Positions 23,593 to 24,000 of a DNA stretch of 24,000 nt are shown here, one piece after another. The DNA is from Avibacterium paragallinarum (GTDB taxonomy: Bacteria; Pseudomonadota; Gammaproteobacteria; Enterobacterales; Pasteurellaceae). The notes under the pieces are model-generated. The model was not told the DNA's origin. It saw only the letters and a program-made list of their open reading frames with translations, and searched no databases. Where the stretch lies: NCBI RefSeq assembly GCF_900450705.1, contig NZ_UGHK01000002.1, positions 1,220,970 to 1,244,969 on the forward strand, written 5' to 3'. The first letter of the stretch is position 1; each line of letters opens with the position of its first letter. The translations under genes were made by a program, and so were the position numbers.

Positions 23593-24000
23593 ATGAATAT
23601 CTTCACAAAAATACAACCTTACGCCCTCGGATTATTACGCATTATCGCAGGCTATATGTTCTTACTTCACGGAACGGCAAAATTCTTTGAATTTCCTGTA
23701 TCAATGACAGGTGGAAATGGGGCTGTGGAACTGTTCTCAATGATGGGTGTTGGCGGTGTATTAGAAATCGTTGGTGGAACCTTGTTTATCCTAGGGCTAT
23801 TCACCCGCCCAGTCGCCTTTTTATTGTCAGGTATGATGGCTGTGGCGTATTTCCAAATTCACGCGTCTTTAGATAATGTATTGTTACCAATCGTAAACAA
23901 AGGCGAACTTGTGGCGTTATATTCCCTTGTTTTCTTAAACTTTGTTTTCCTTGGTGCAGGTGCATTCTCGCTAGACAGCAAAATCTGCAAAAAAGCATAA
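23593..24000 (+). CDS. DoxX family inner-membrane protein, 135 aa
   Basis: '...YALGLLRIIAGYMFLLHGTAKFF...GGVLEIVGGTLFILGLFTRPVAFLLSGMMAVAYF' is the DoxX signature with 3-4 TM helices. RBS AAGGA lies at 23582-23586 and a perfect -10 TATAAT at 23560-23565. The TAA stop falls exactly at the window end. Confidence 0.8.
   Translation: MNIFTKIQPYALGLLRIIAGYMFLLHGTAKFFEFPVSMTGGNGAVELFSMMGVGGVLEIVGGTLFILGLFTRPVAFLLSGMMAVAYFQIHASLDNVLLPIVNKGELVALYSLVFLNFVFLGAGAFSLDSKICKKA

Overview
Chromosomal segment from a Pasteurellaceae genome of the Haemophilus/Aggregatibacter/Pasteurella group, assigned from 12 perfect copies of the Hin-type uptake signal sequence AAGTGCGGT. The left 14.5 kb is mostly core: ychF 3' end, a homocysteine S-methyltransferase followed by a frameshifted APA-family amino-acid antiporter, then short-form tyrR, ycjF and ycjX on the minus strand. 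Next come the sapABCDF peptide ABC transporter, a Zn-independent ribosomal paralog pair (type-B L31 and a 47-aa type-B L36 missing from the ORF track) and dsbD. The right 9.5 kb is accessory. It holds a 70-nt perfect hairpin and an IS605-type element (about 14725-16363) with an intact TnpB, a predicted omega-RNA region and an internally deleted TnpA. It also holds a 2037-aa trimeric autotransporter adhesin, a 5'-truncated IS3-family remnant ending 33 bp from the adhesin start codon, about 500 bp of AT-rich orphan DNA and a DoxX-family gene. No rRNA, tRNA or CRISPR array was seen. The most interesting signals are the transposase-less TnpB/omega-RNA element, whose ends, target motif and guide can be predicted from sequence, the adjacent long perfect palindrome, and the IS-flanked giant adhesin. 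All homology calls come from reading the translated sequences, since no database search was possible.
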